64,000 bases of DNA from Candidatus Latescibacterota bacterium (lineage in GTDB: Bacteria > Latescibacterota > UBA2968 > UBA8231). The DNA is taken from NCBI GenBank assembly GCA_965243025.1, contig CBDETY010000003.1, forward strand, positions 4,928,001 through 4,992,000, given 5' to 3'. Below the pieces are notes generated by a model. It worked only from the letters and a program-made list of their open reading frames with translations. It was not told the origin of the DNA and searched no databases. Positions 31,413 through 44,758 of the stretch are shown here, piece by piece; position 1 is the first letter of the stretch, and each line of letters begins with the position of its first letter. Position numbers and translations under genes: made by a program.

Positions 31413-32185
31413 CTGAGGCGCTCTCCCGCAGCCTGCCTGGTCATCGCGAAAACGAGCAGGTTGGCCCCGAACTGCATGGCCAGGGTGTGGTAGCCGGCGG
31501 TGGGGTCTCCCCATGCCCAGGTGATACTGAGGTCGCTGAAGATGACCCCTACCCGGCCGCGGATCTGCAGCATTTCGAGCTGGGTCACCGTGCCGAACGG
31601 CGCCGCCGAAAGGGGCGGTCCGTCGGAGAAGCGGAAGTAGCAGTCGTAGAGCGGGTGGGTCTTGGGGATCGGTTCCCAGTCGGCGCCCGCTCCTCCCAGA
31701 ACCTGCGGGTCTTTCATCAGGTGCTTGAACTGGCGGTCGAAAGGAGTGCCTTCCAGGCCTGCCCCGCGCCGCCGCCAGACCGGCAGGTTGCTCGGCCTGA
31801 CGTCCTCGGCGAACAGAAGCCCTCCCTCATTCAGATACTGTCCCAGCCTGGTTTTCGTCGTCCCGGAGGCGGTGAGATCAGCCGCGTTGCCGGTCAGGTA
31901 GACCAGCAGAGCTCCGGCGAACTGCGGATCGGCCATGCTTTCCTCGCGCCACGAGACCGGTTCCCGGATACCTGTCTGGGTTTTGAAGAACGCGAGAAGC
32001 TCAGGCACCGCCGCGGCCAGACGATCGGTCCCCTCGCGGGCAAGCGGGTAATCGAGGGTTATCACGACACGAGGTGGTTTTACCGGGGCTCTTCTGGGTT
32101 CGGGAATGGTCGTTGTCCGGCGTTCCTCGTCGGCAGCGGCGGCCGCCGGGAAGAGCATTGCCAGCAGTATCTGCCTGGAGACCAT
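31409..32185 (-). CDS. DUF4159 domain exported protein
   Basis: Signal peptide, LVYLTG, LGQYLNEGGLLFAED, HPLYDCYF, FGANLLVFA. Confidence 0.8.
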   Translation of the reverse strand: MVSRQILLAMLFPAAAAADEERRTTTIPEPRRAPVKPPRVVITLDYPLAREGTDRLAAAVPELLAFFKTQTGIREPVSWREESMADPQFAGALLVYLTGNAADLTASGTTKTRLGQYLNEGGLLFAEDVRPSNLPVWRRRGAGLEGTPFDRQFKHLMKDPQVLGGAGADWEPIPKTHPLYDCYFRFSDGPPLSAAPFGTVTQLEMLQIRGRVGVIFSDLSITWAWGDPTAGYHTLAMQFGANLLVFAMTRQAAGERLR

Positions 32186-32186
32186 C

Positions 32187-33695
32187 TCAGCTCAGAACAG
32201 TCGGCTGCAAGTCCGGAATGTCGATGTCAACCGGGAAGTAGGGGCGCTGGAGCTTGCGGAAAGCCACGTTGCGAACCGAGGCCGGAGTCGGTCCGGGGGT
32301 GTCGAGAATGAAAACGGCGGAAGCGGCGTCCGCGTAGACGTTGCGGAAGTTCATGGGGTTCTTGACGACGACGAACTTGGCTGCCAGCGGGTCGATGCCG
32401 ACGCTGCGGAACTGTTCGTCCGCCCAGTCGTAGGTGGCGTGGGTGTTGACGAGCACGCGAATGCGGCCGGCGGCGAGTACGGCGGTCGGCCCCATGTCTC
32501 CCTCGACGTTGTCCCAGATGCCGCCGGCATAACGGAACTTGCCGTCGCTCAGGTGCACGACCCGACCGCTCACCTGGGCGGGATCGCCCCATTTGGGATC
32601 GAGGCGGTGCCCGAGGTCGAGGGTGAGCTCGGCGCCGGCCCCGGCCTCGTGGCAGCGAGCCGCGGCTTCGGGGTCGACGACGGGAACCAGCGAGTCCGGG
32701 GCCCCCTCTCCCAGGGCCAGCAATGCCTTCAGGGTGGCGACGCTGTCCCCGCTCGCTCCGCCCCCGGCGCAATCGGCCGCTTCGACGAGAAGCACCGGGC
32801 CGCCTGCGGTTTGCAGTCCGCGTTCGATCGCCGCTGCCGGGGCATGGGTTTCCTGCTCGAGATCGTGCCGTGCCTGCCAGTATCGATCCGCTATCTGCCG
32901 CGCCATCCGCTTCGCTTTGTCCAGGTCGCCATCGGTGACGACCAGGCCACCGCTTCCCATTCCGGGAGCGTCGAGGTAGGGGTGAACGAGAAAGACGGAG
33001 ACCGAAAGCACCCCCTCGGCCTGCTCGAACCGCTTGCCGAAGCTCATCAGGCGGCCGAACGGTTCGTCCGCGGCGGTGGAGCCGCGGACCCCGCCGGTGA
33101 GCACGGGCACCTTGGCCATCGCCATTGTCGGGTTGCAGCGCCCGGAAACGGCGTCGACCAGGAGACGGGCTCCGCGCTGGCCGGTGGAGAAGGCATCCCG
33201 GTGCGGGTAGGTTTCCCAGGCGACGAGGCCGTCGGCGCTGCGAACCATGGCGGCCGACACGTGCGCGTGCAGATCGAGGGTGGCGACAATCCGGACGCCG
33301 TCCCCCACGCGTTCGCGAACCGCGGTGATCAGGTCTCCCTCGAGGTCGTCGATGTCTTCGGCGGCGGCGGCCCCGTGCAGCAGCAGCAGCACGCCGTCGA
33401 CCGGGAGCGCGTCCTGGAGCCGGCGCAGCAGCTCGCTTTTCAGGGTCCCGTAGCACGAGGCGGTGAGGTAACCCCCCGGGCAGGTGCTGGCGTTCAGCAG
33501 GGGGGCGATGTCACAGCCTGACTCCCGCAGTACCGTCAGTCCTCCGCCCACCACCCCGGAGTCGAGGCTCAGCATGTCGTCGCCGTACTGCAGGTCGTAG
33601 CGCTCGAACCAGTCGAGGTCTATGGGGGAGCCGCCGATGTGGTTGCACTCGGTGAGTATGGAACCGACGGCGATGCGACCGGAAAGGGCTGACAT
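32187..33695 (-). CDS. M81 (MlrC-like) metallopeptidase
   Basis: TECNH, LLLHGA, TLDLHAH, YPHRD, DCAGGG. Confidence 0.9.
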   Translation of the reverse strand: MSALSGRIAVGSILTECNHIGGSPIDLDWFERYDLQYGDDMLSLDSGVVGGGLTVLRESGCDIAPLLNASTCPGGYLTASCYGTLKSELLRRLQDALPVDGVLLLLHGAAAAEDIDDLEGDLITAVRERVGDGVRIVATLDLHAHVSAAMVRSADGLVAWETYPHRDAFSTGQRGARLLVDAVSGRCNPTMAMAKVPVLTGGVRGSTAADEPFGRLMSFGKRFEQAEGVLSVSVFLVHPYLDAPGMGSGGLVVTDGDLDKAKRMARQIADRYWQARHDLEQETHAPAAAIERGLQTAGGPVLLVEAADCAGGGASGDSVATLKALLALGEGAPDSLVPVVDPEAAARCHEAGAGAELTLDLGHRLDPKWGDPAQVSGRVVHLSDGKFRYAGGIWDNVEGDMGPTAVLAAGRIRVLVNTHATYDWADEQFRSVGIDPLAAKFVVVKNPMNFRNVYADAASAVFILDTPGPTPASVRNVAFRKLQRPYFPVDIDIPDLQPTVLS

Positions 33696-33703
33696 GGCTG
33701 GTT

Positions 33704-37220
<3,517 letters not shown>

Positions 37221-37254
37221 GATTCCGGGAAGGGAAGTAGCCTGGATCCGGTAT

Positions 37255-38074
37255 CTACGGCGCCAGACTGGCCTTGATGCGCCCCCAGGTCACATCCACC
37301 ACGGAGGTTGCGTCAGTGCCTGGTTCTGCCGGAAGCAGAATTCCGTCCGACCATCCCGGGGTGTCGATCAGCTCATGGAACCCTGAGAAATCCCCGAGGA
37401 CGTACAGATCCTGGGTTCTTCTGATTCCATCGTCACTGTCCAGGTCGACATCATTCACACTTATTCGAAACCCTATGGTTTTTTGCGCCCACAGGTCTGA
37501 AACGAGGCTGTCTTCGGGCTTCTTCCACAACAGCATGTCGAAGGCGGTGGCGTAGAATTCAACCACCCAGACGGAGGGGTTCTCCCCGTTCGCGGAGCCG
37601 CCCCCGTTCCCGTAAGGAGGGTTGCTCCACCAGTCGCCGAACCGGCCCGTGTCTGTCAAGTCCAGATTCGGGGTCTCCGGGCTGAGGTGGAACTGCCTCA
37701 TAATGTTGGGCTGTCTGGTCACAGATGCCGCCGTCTTCGGAAAAAGAGCATGAACCATCACTCTGGGGGGAACCGTCGTGATCGCCGTCGATGAACAGTT
37801 CGATGCGATCCTGGAAGAGAAAGGCGTCGGGATAGGCAATGCTGTCGCCGAAATAGCGATCGTCGAAGGTGAAGTCGAGCGCGGTCAGGGAAGGCTCTCC
37901 AAACAGCTCTTCCCATTCGTCGATCCGGCCATCGGTCACGTCGATCCGGTTCTCGTCAGCTACTTCAAAAAACGGGTAGATGCGATCTCCGACATGAGAG
38001 GTCCCGGGGGTCGGTGTTGCAAGGGTAAAGCCAGGAAGGAGACCGGATACCCGAGCCTGAAAACGGGTGGTCAT
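37255..38074 (-). pseudogene. Frameshifted exported protein with C-terminal TWGRIK motif
   Basis: N-half (HVGDRIYPFFE..DGDHDG..AQHYEA) in ORF 37559..38074 and C-half (PPYGNGGG..VEFY..TWGRIKASL) in ORF 37255..37839; frames switch near 37670-37690. Confidence 0.7.
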
Positions 38075-38137
38075 TTCAGCGGATGGCAGTTGTAGCCGCG
38101 TCCGTATTGGGAATCGAACAAATCCCTATCAAAGCCA

Positions 38138-39370
38138 TCACTCCAGCACCATCTGCTCGCGCTCGAGGCGGGCGAACATTCCCCGGTACTCCGGACTGCC
38201 GTCGTCGTCCCAGTAAGTGGTCGAAATCGGCGAGTCGTAGCTCATGGGAATGATGCGGCTGCGGTCGGGCCGCACCATGAACAGGGAGTTGTCCGGGTCG
38301 GCGAGGTTGTACATCCGCGCGCCGTTGGCGAACGTCGAACTGATGATCCACCTCTCCTGTCGCGGCAGCGAGAGGCCCTTCAGGCGCTCCAGCTCCTCCC
38401 GGTCGAGGGACACTCCGAGGCCGGGGCTTTCCGGCACTTTCAGGAACCCGTTCACCGGCTCCGGCCGTTCGTTGGTGACGTCGCTCTTCCAGGTTTCGCA
38501 GTCGCTGAAGAAGTGAAAGGCGGCGGTCGGAAAGGCGGCCATCATGTGAACGGTCATCGCCCTCGTGATGTTGCCCCCGACGTTCTGCAGCATGAAGGGG
38601 CAGTTGCCGGCGGCGAACAGGCCGGCCTTGCGGATGGCGTCGCCGATGTGGGCATGGCCGAGCATGCAGGCGTCGGCAGGCTTGCGGAAAATCTCGTACG
38701 TCGCCCCCAGCGGAAAGTGATGCAGGACGATCGGCAGCCGGCTGCGCTCGCGCAGATCGATGTAGCCGTCGACGTCGCCGGGGGGCAGCGGGTCTTCGAA
38801 GCAGCCGGCGATTTCGTACTCCGACAGGCGCTCGAGCAGGTCGGGCATGTGATCGTCGGTGCCGTGCATGGTGAAGTCGTAGTGGATGCGGAATCCCGGC
38901 GGGGCAACCTTCTGCATCGCCTCGGTCTGGTCGAAGACGTTCTCGAAAGGGGACAGGTGGTACTTGAGCCAGGTGTACCCCTGGCGGGAGTACTGTTCGA
39001 CGGCTTCGGCCATGCGCTCCGGGTGCGTCGAAACCGTCCAGCTGCCGACCGGGACCCAGGAGCGGTACTTCTGGCCGATCAGCTTGTAGACCGGGACTCC
39101 CGCGGCCTTTCCCATCAGGTCGTACATCGCCGTGCCCAGGCCCAGGGAGGTCTCGTCTCCCATCCAGTCGAAGGGGTTGGTGCCGATGTACTGGTCGATG
39201 GTTTCCCGCGGTTCGGTGCGCCCGCTCTCGCCGAGGCCGACCAGGCCCTCGTCGGTCTGCACCTCGTAGACGGTGCGCCGCGAGGGGCCGTAATAATGGT
39301 TCAGCTGGTAGGCGATCCAGTCGACGTACTCCAGCTGGATTTCGTGCACGTCGATGGCGGTGATCTTCAT
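38138..39370 (-). CDS. Mandelate racemase/muconate lactonizing (enolase superfamily) protein
   Basis: VQTDEGLVGLGE, YDLMGKAAGVPVYKLIG, FEDP, VPESPGLGV. Confidence 0.88.
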   Translation of the reverse strand: MKITAIDVHEIQLEYVDWIAYQLNHYYGPSRRTVYEVQTDEGLVGLGESGRTEPRETIDQYIGTNPFDWMGDETSLGLGTAMYDLMGKAAGVPVYKLIGQKYRSWVPVGSWTVSTHPERMAEAVEQYSRQGYTWLKYHLSPFENVFDQTEAMQKVAPPGFRIHYDFTMHGTDDHMPDLLERLSEYEIAGCFEDPLPPGDVDGYIDLRERSRLPIVLHHFPLGATYEIFRKPADACMLGHAHIGDAIRKAGLFAAGNCPFMLQNVGGNITRAMTVHMMAAFPTAAFHFFSDCETWKSDVTNERPEPVNGFLKVPESPGLGVSLDREELERLKGLSLPRQERWIISSTFANGARMYNLADPDNSLFMVRPDRSRIIPMSYDSPISTTYWDDDGSPEYRGMFARLEREQMVLE

Positions 39371-39507
39371 TTGTTCCGCTCCCTTGATCTCAGGAGGTCA
39401 GTTCGAAGTCGCTTTGAAGAGGAAGGAGCCAGTCGACTGCTGAACCGACTACCGGATTGTGGGCCCGGAACGGAACGAGTGGACCGGGGAGATCCGACCA
39501 TGCCGGA

Positions 39508-41046
39508 CTAGGCGCCTTCCCGCAGGGGGAGCTCGAAACAGGCCGCCTCCTCGTTGTTGCGCACCAGCAGATAGGGTGCGGCAAGTGCGGGGTTGTTCCA
39601 CGTCTTCGAGCCCAGCGCCTCGAGGCGGGCCCGTTCGACATGCCGCTCCGGGTTCGCTTCGACGAGGACGACCTCCCCGGACTCGGCCTGGATCAGCAAC
39701 AGGTCCTCCACCAGGATGAGCTGGCCGTGACCGTAGCGGCCCTTCTTCCAGCGCCGCTCGCCCGAAACCGGGTCGAGGCAGACGAGAACGCCGTCGTCCA
39801 GTCCGTAAACCGAGCCGTCGTGGAAAACGACGTTGGTGAACTTTGCCTTGAGTCGCGGCGACTCCCACCTGAGGGAGGCGCTCAGCCCGCCGCCCGGGGT
39901 CGCGGCGACGTCGTACAGCCTCGAGCCGATGCCGTACCCGCTCGACACCAGGACCCGGTCGCCCGGAAGCGGGACCGGCTGGGCGACGCACTCGGTGCCG
40001 CCCGGCCAGGGCTGGCGCCACAGCACCTCGCCATCGAGCGGCGAGTGCGAGACCACCGCTTTTCTGGCAAAGACCAGGATCTGACGGCGCCCCGCCAGCT
40101 GCGCCAGCGACGGTGAGCTGTACCCCGCCTTTGCCCGGCCCCCGGTCCAGACGACATCCCCCCGGTCGGCGTGATAGGCTGCCAGGGAGCGGCCTTCGAC
40201 GCCCCCCGGGCTGACGACGACGAGGCTGTCGAGAACAAGTGGGGATGCGCTGATTCCCCAGATCGGGGCCTGGCCTTCGTTGTCGGCGACGATGTCGCGC
40301 GACCAGCGCAGGCGTCCGGTCTCGAGATCCAGGGAGTTGAGAATTCCGGTGGCCCCCATCGTGTACACGCGATCCCCGGCGATCGTCGGCGTCGCCCGCG
40401 GCCCGATGCCGGCCAGGGTCGATTCATACCGGGTGCTGTCGGCGTGGGCCCATACCACCTCTCCCGTCAGGAGGTCGTAGCAGACCACCGTTTCCAGCGG
40501 CCCCCGTTGCTCCTGGGTCACGGCGCGGCCGTGCGCCACCGCAAAGGCCGACCAGCCATCGCCGACCTCGCGCCGCCACAGTTCCCGGGGCGGGCGCCGC
40601 TGCCAGTCGGGATCGAGGTGGACGCCGCGCAGGCGGGCGTTGCGGCCGGGCCCCAGGAACTGCGGGTACCAGGCGCTGTTCTCCTCGACCGTCCCGGCGC
40701 CGCCGGAGGGCAGTCCGGGACCGCCGGAGGACCATCTCCAGGCGAGGATGGGGATGAAATCGCCGCTGACCCCCTCGATGCGGAACAGGGCCCCGAACAG
40801 CGTCAGCAACAGCGCGGCGATGCCGAGGCTGAGCCACCGGCGGATCCAGGGCAGCCTCGAGAAGAAGAGCAGCCAGACGGCGAGGGCGAGGAGTCCCAGG
40901 AAAAGGATCTGGAAGGCGACGAAAGTCTGGCCCTGGCGGTGTGGGACGTCTCGCAGGCCGTTGGCGACCAGGCCGGCGGCACACAGGAGGAGGATCCCCG
41001 CCGCCGGCCACCAGCGCAAACCTCCCCTATCGGCCTGGCCGGACAT
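39508..41046 (-). CDS. Membrane-anchored PQQ-binding-like beta-propeller protein
   Basis: N-terminal TMs, YPQFLGPGR, repeated TG..W blades, GPRATP, YSSP, TWNNPAL. Confidence 0.88.
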   Translation of the reverse strand: MSGQADRGGLRWWPAAGILLLCAAGLVANGLRDVPHRQGQTFVAFQILFLGLLALAVWLLFFSRLPWIRRWLSLGIAALLLTLFGALFRIEGVSGDFIPILAWRWSSGGPGLPSGGAGTVEENSAWYPQFLGPGRNARLRGVHLDPDWQRRPPRELWRREVGDGWSAFAVAHGRAVTQEQRGPLETVVCYDLLTGEVVWAHADSTRYESTLAGIGPRATPTIAGDRVYTMGATGILNSLDLETGRLRWSRDIVADNEGQAPIWGISASPLVLDSLVVVSPGGVEGRSLAAYHADRGDVVWTGGRAKAGYSSPSLAQLAGRRQILVFARKAVVSHSPLDGEVLWRQPWPGGTECVAQPVPLPGDRVLVSSGYGIGSRLYDVAATPGGGLSASLRWESPRLKAKFTNVVFHDGSVYGLDDGVLVCLDPVSGERRWKKGRYGHGQLILVEDLLLIQAESGEVVLVEANPERHVERARLEALGSKTWNNPALAAPYLLVRNNEEAACFELPLREGA

Positions 41047-41081
41047 GTCGTTCTGCCAACGGAGCGGGGTCTGGAAAAACC

Positions 41082-41939
41082 CTACTCCATCTCACCTTTC
41101 CGGGCCTTGTCCTGAAGCTCGTAGAGCGACGCGGTCACTCCCCCTTTGTAGAGCGGTACCGGGAAGCGGGTCATAGTGAAGCGGGCGAACGGCATGGGCT
41201 CGCCGCGGACGAGCCGCACCGAAGCCTCGGTTCTGGAAGTCATTTCCCCGGTGTAGACGGGATAGGCGTCGGCGGCGCGGTAGCTGAGTATGAGGGTGCG
41301 GCGGGGGCGGTTGGAGCGGTTGGTGGCCGAAGCGTGCGGGGTCATGCAGTGCATGAAGATGGCCGTTCCCGCCCTTCCCCCGACTCCGACGGCCCCGGAG
41401 TCGTCCACCGCACCGGTGACGCGGCCCTCAAAGAACCGGTCTCCCGCATGAGGCATGAGGTCGTCCTGGTGGCGGCCCGGGATCATCCGCAGGAAGCCGT
41501 TCTCCTCGTCGGTGTCGTCGAGGTAGAAGAGTACGGCCAGCGAGTCGCGGTTGGTCAGGGGGTAGTACGAGAGGTCCTGGTGCCACTCGACGACCGAGCC
41601 GATTTCGGCCGGTTTCATGTTGAGCTTGCTGTAGTGGAAGAGGATGTTGGGGCCGAGAAGCTGTTCGAGGCAGTTGAGGAGCTTTTCGGACTGCGAAAGA
41701 TCCCGGAAGCGCGGGTAATGGGAGCAGGGCTCGTACAGGCGCCGCACGCTGGTGCCGTCAGGAGGCTGGTTCGGCTCCATCTCCATGCGCGTCTCGTCGT
41801 GGTCGGCGAGGGTGTTGCCGGCGCAGATCGATTCGACGTCGTCGAGAATGTTCTCAACTTCCCGGGGAGACAGGAGTCCTTCGAGAAAAGTGAAGCCGTC
41901 GCGGCGGTAAGCCTGTACCTGCTCGGGGGAAAAATGCAT
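41082..41939 (-). CDS. PhyH-family dioxygenase
   Basis: YRRDGF, WHQD, NGFLRMIPG, PHAS..N.S..RR. Confidence 0.9.
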   Translation of the reverse strand: MHFSPEQVQAYRRDGFTFLEGLLSPREVENILDDVESICAGNTLADHDETRMEMEPNQPPDGTSVRRLYEPCSHYPRFRDLSQSEKLLNCLEQLLGPNILFHYSKLNMKPAEIGSVVEWHQDLSYYPLTNRDSLAVLFYLDDTDEENGFLRMIPGRHQDDLMPHAGDRFFEGRVTGAVDDSGAVGVGGRAGTAIFMHCMTPHASATNRSNRPRRTLILSYRAADAYPVYTGEMTSRTEASVRLVRGEPMPFARFTMTRFPVPLYKGGVTASLYELQDKARKGEME

Positions 41940-41956
41940 GGGGGAGCCTCCTTTTT

Positions 41957-42790
41957 TCAGATCGGGAAACCGGCTTTACGGAGGAATTCGGCCACCTGTC
42001 TCCAGTAGTCGTCCCAGTCGGTCGGGCAGTCGCCGTGGCCGCACGTGTAGGTGAGAAGCGTTCCCTTCCCGGCCTCCGCCGCTAATTTCCGCCCTTGCTC
42101 GTAGGGGATCAAGCGATCCTCGGTGCCGTGGAGAACCAGAACAGGGCCGGGATAGGACCGCACCACCCCCAGGTTGTCGAACGGGTCGAGGACGAGAAAC
42201 CGGGGGATCATGAATTCACCTGCCATGTCGCGGACGCTGGAAAAGGTCGAGAACAGGATCATCGCCCTGCTCGGCCGCTTCGCCGCAAGCGCACAGACAG
42301 CCCCCCCTCCGAGGGAACGGCCGAAGAGGAGAATGCGCTCGCCGTCGACGTCCGGGCGCGCGACCAGGCTGTCGTAGGCGGCGACGAACCCCTCGGTAAC
42401 GCTGGCCTCGGAAGGAGAACCGTCCGAGCGGCCGTACCCGGGGTACTCCACCAGGTACACGGCCATTCCCAGGTCGAGGAAGCGCATGAACTTGCCGGGA
42501 TAGGTCGCCGGGTAGTCGTCGATCAGCTCCGTGTTGCCGTGGGCGATGACGACCGCGGGCCAGGGGCCCTCGCCGCCGGTGGCCGGCGGGAAGAACCAGG
42601 CTTCCACCTGTCCGAAGCCGGTCTCGATCTGCAGCACTTCGGCGCCGAAGGGGCCGAGCTCCACCGGGGCGGGCTCGGAGATCTGGTGGCGTGGGAACAG
42701 CATGGCGCGCTGGCCGGCGAACAGGACCCCGCAGTACAGGGCATAGATACCGGCGAGACCGAGGGCAATTGTTATCACGGAGAACCTCAT
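41957..42790 (-). CDS. Alpha/beta hydrolase
   Basis: AHGN, EYPGYGRS, GRSLG nucleophile elbow, HGTED, GH. Confidence 0.9.
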   Translation of the reverse strand: MRFSVITIALGLAGIYALYCGVLFAGQRAMLFPRHQISEPAPVELGPFGAEVLQIETGFGQVEAWFFPPATGGEGPWPAVVIAHGNTELIDDYPATYPGKFMRFLDLGMAVYLVEYPGYGRSDGSPSEASVTEGFVAAYDSLVARPDVDGERILLFGRSLGGGAVCALAAKRPSRAMILFSTFSSVRDMAGEFMIPRFLVLDPFDNLGVVRSYPGPVLVLHGTEDRLIPYEQGRKLAAEAGKGTLLTYTCGHGDCPTDWDDYWRQVAEFLRKAGFPI

Positions 42791-42802
42791 TCCATCTGCG
42801 GG

Positions 42803-43516
42803 TCAGCAGCCGAGAAGCCCGGCAAGCTCGGCAAAGTCAGGTGCGGTCATGTCGAATGGCCGGTTCGCTTCCCGGTCGAGGTTTCCGACCGGGCCGTACT
42901 CGAGCGGCCGGGGCACGAAGGCGGTGCGGAAGCCTGCCGCCCGCGCTCCCTCCAGGTCGTGAACGTGGGCGGCGACCATCAGGATCCGATGCGGGGGCAG
43001 GTCGAGCAGATCCGCGGCAGTTTCATACACTTCCGGGTCCGGTTTGTAGTGCCGGGCATTTTCCGCCGACAGAACGCAGTCCCAGGGCAGGCCGGCGTGC
43101 CTGGCCATGTTGACCAGCAGGGCGACGTTGCCGTTTGAAAGGGCGGCGACCACGTACCGGGAACGCAGGCGCCGCAGCCCCTCGACGGCGTCCGGCCACG
43201 GGATCAGCCGGTGCCACACGCGGTTGAGGTGGTCGATCTCTTCTTCCGTCAATCCCCGGATGCCGAATTCTCCGAGGAGGCGGTCGAGGATCATTCGATG
43301 CAGGGCGTCGATCTTCGTCCACGGCAGCTGACCGCGCCGAACCCGGTCCATCGCCGGCTCGTACCCGCCCCTCCAGGCGTCGGCGAACGCCGCCCAGTCG
43401 ACGTCGATTCCCTTTTCCCCGGTCAGCCGTTCCCCTTCGCGGACGATGCTGGTCCGCCAGTCGACGACGGTGCCGAAGACGTCGAAAGTCAGGGCCTTTA
43501 CTTCGGGAAGCAGCAC
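42803..43516 (-). CDS. Haloacid dehalogenase type II (HAD)
   Basis: TFDVFGTVVDW, LSNGN, YKPDPEVY, MVAAH..DL. Confidence 0.9.
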   Translation of the reverse strand: MLLPEVKALTFDVFGTVVDWRTSIVREGERLTGEKGIDVDWAAFADAWRGGYEPAMDRVRRGQLPWTKIDALHRMILDRLLGEFGIRGLTEEEIDHLNRVWHRLIPWPDAVEGLRRLRSRYVVAALSNGNVALLVNMARHAGLPWDCVLSAENARHYKPDPEVYETAADLLDLPPHRILMVAAHVHDLEGARAAGFRTAFVPRPLEYGPVGNLDREANRPFDMTAPDFAELAGLLGC

Positions 43517-43519
43517 CGG

Positions 43520-44758
43520 TCAGTGCCCCAGGTTCCGGTCGGCGAAGTCGAGGTACTGCTCCCAGTCGAACCGCAGAACGTCGTGTCTGCCCTCGCGCAG
43601 GTGGTAGCCGATGCCTCCGTGCATCGGGGTGTCAACGGCCGGCATTTCCAGGCCGGAAAGACCATCTGCCCCCAGCAGCCGGTACACGGGGTCGGCGTGA
43701 ACGCAGGCGAGGAACTCGCCGCGCGGGTCGGCCCAGAGGTCTTGGGCGGCGCTTGCGACGTACACCGGACGAGGGGCTGCCAGGGCGATGAGCATGTGCT
43801 GATCGACAGGAAGCTCATCCTCGCGGCCGTTGTAGCGTCTGAACCGGTCGCAGAACCAGTGCGGGAACCTCGTGTTGATGAAGGCGACGTTTTCCCCGTA
43901 GCGCCGCCGCGACAGGGCGGCTCCGCCGCACCCGGAGTTGTTGCTGACGACCATGGCGAAGCGCTCGTCGCAGGCGCCGGCCCACAAGGCGGTCTTGCCG
44001 AGGCGGGAGTGCCCCATCACCGCCACCCGGCTCGCGTCGACGTCGGCATCGGTTTCCAGGTAGTCGCGGACGCGGCAAAGGCCCCAGGCCCAGGCGCCGA
44101 TCGTGCCCCAGTCCCCGGGGGCGGGACCGGTTTGCCCGTCAAGGGAATAGAGAGGGTGCACCCCGTTCCGGTAGCCGTCGTCGAAATCCGGGTCGAAATC
44201 CCCGCAGTAAGCGGTCGCCAGCCCGTAACCGCGGCTCAGGAGCAGCTCTACCTGCCAGCGGTGCGCCAGGGTGCCCCTCGTGCGGTCGTTGGCGCGGTTG
44301 TCCTCGACTCCCAGGCTGTCGCTGTTGCGAACCCAGCTGTCGGTAAGGAGAATCGCCGGATCGTCCTTCACGGTCTGGTTGCCGAAGAAGTTGAGACCGG
44401 CGAACACCGGCACCGGTTGCGAGCGTGAAGCCGGCAGGTAGAGCACAATCCCCGCCTTGGCGACGTGGCGGTCGGTCTTCCAGGTCAGCGAGATCTGCCG
44501 GCGGGTCGCCCAGTCCCCGAGGGCCCCCTCCTCGACCACCTCGACAGCTGTGGCTATTTCCGGGTCGGCGGGAGGACCGGGTGTCCTGCCGTACACGTGA
44601 TCCTCGAACAGACGCAGGATTTCCCGCCGCCGCCGCGGCCATGCGGCTGCGCCGACGGGGGAGCCGTCCTCGAAATGGAGGGGATCGGGCAGCTCGTGCT
44701 CCGGAACCGCTTCCTCGTCGTAGTTGATCGGTATCCGGGATGCGGCGTCGGCGCTCAC
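43520..44758 (-). CDS. CE15-like glucuronoyl/acetylxylan esterase
   Basis: AWAWG, GHSRLGKTALWAGA, SGCGGAAL, DQHMLIALAAPRP, WADPRGE; GTG 44758 overlaps upstream stop. Confidence 0.88.
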   Translation of the reverse strand: MSADAASRIPINYDEEAVPEHELPDPLHFEDGSPVGAAAWPRRRREILRLFEDHVYGRTPGPPADPEIATAVEVVEEGALGDWATRRQISLTWKTDRHVAKAGIVLYLPASRSQPVPVFAGLNFFGNQTVKDDPAILLTDSWVRNSDSLGVEDNRANDRTRGTLAHRWQVELLLSRGYGLATAYCGDFDPDFDDGYRNGVHPLYSLDGQTGPAPGDWGTIGAWAWGLCRVRDYLETDADVDASRVAVMGHSRLGKTALWAGACDERFAMVVSNNSGCGGAALSRRRYGENVAFINTRFPHWFCDRFRRYNGREDELPVDQHMLIALAAPRPVYVASAAQDLWADPRGEFLACVHADPVYRLLGADGLSGLEMPAVDTPMHGGIGYHLREGRHDVLRFDWEQYLDFADRNLGH

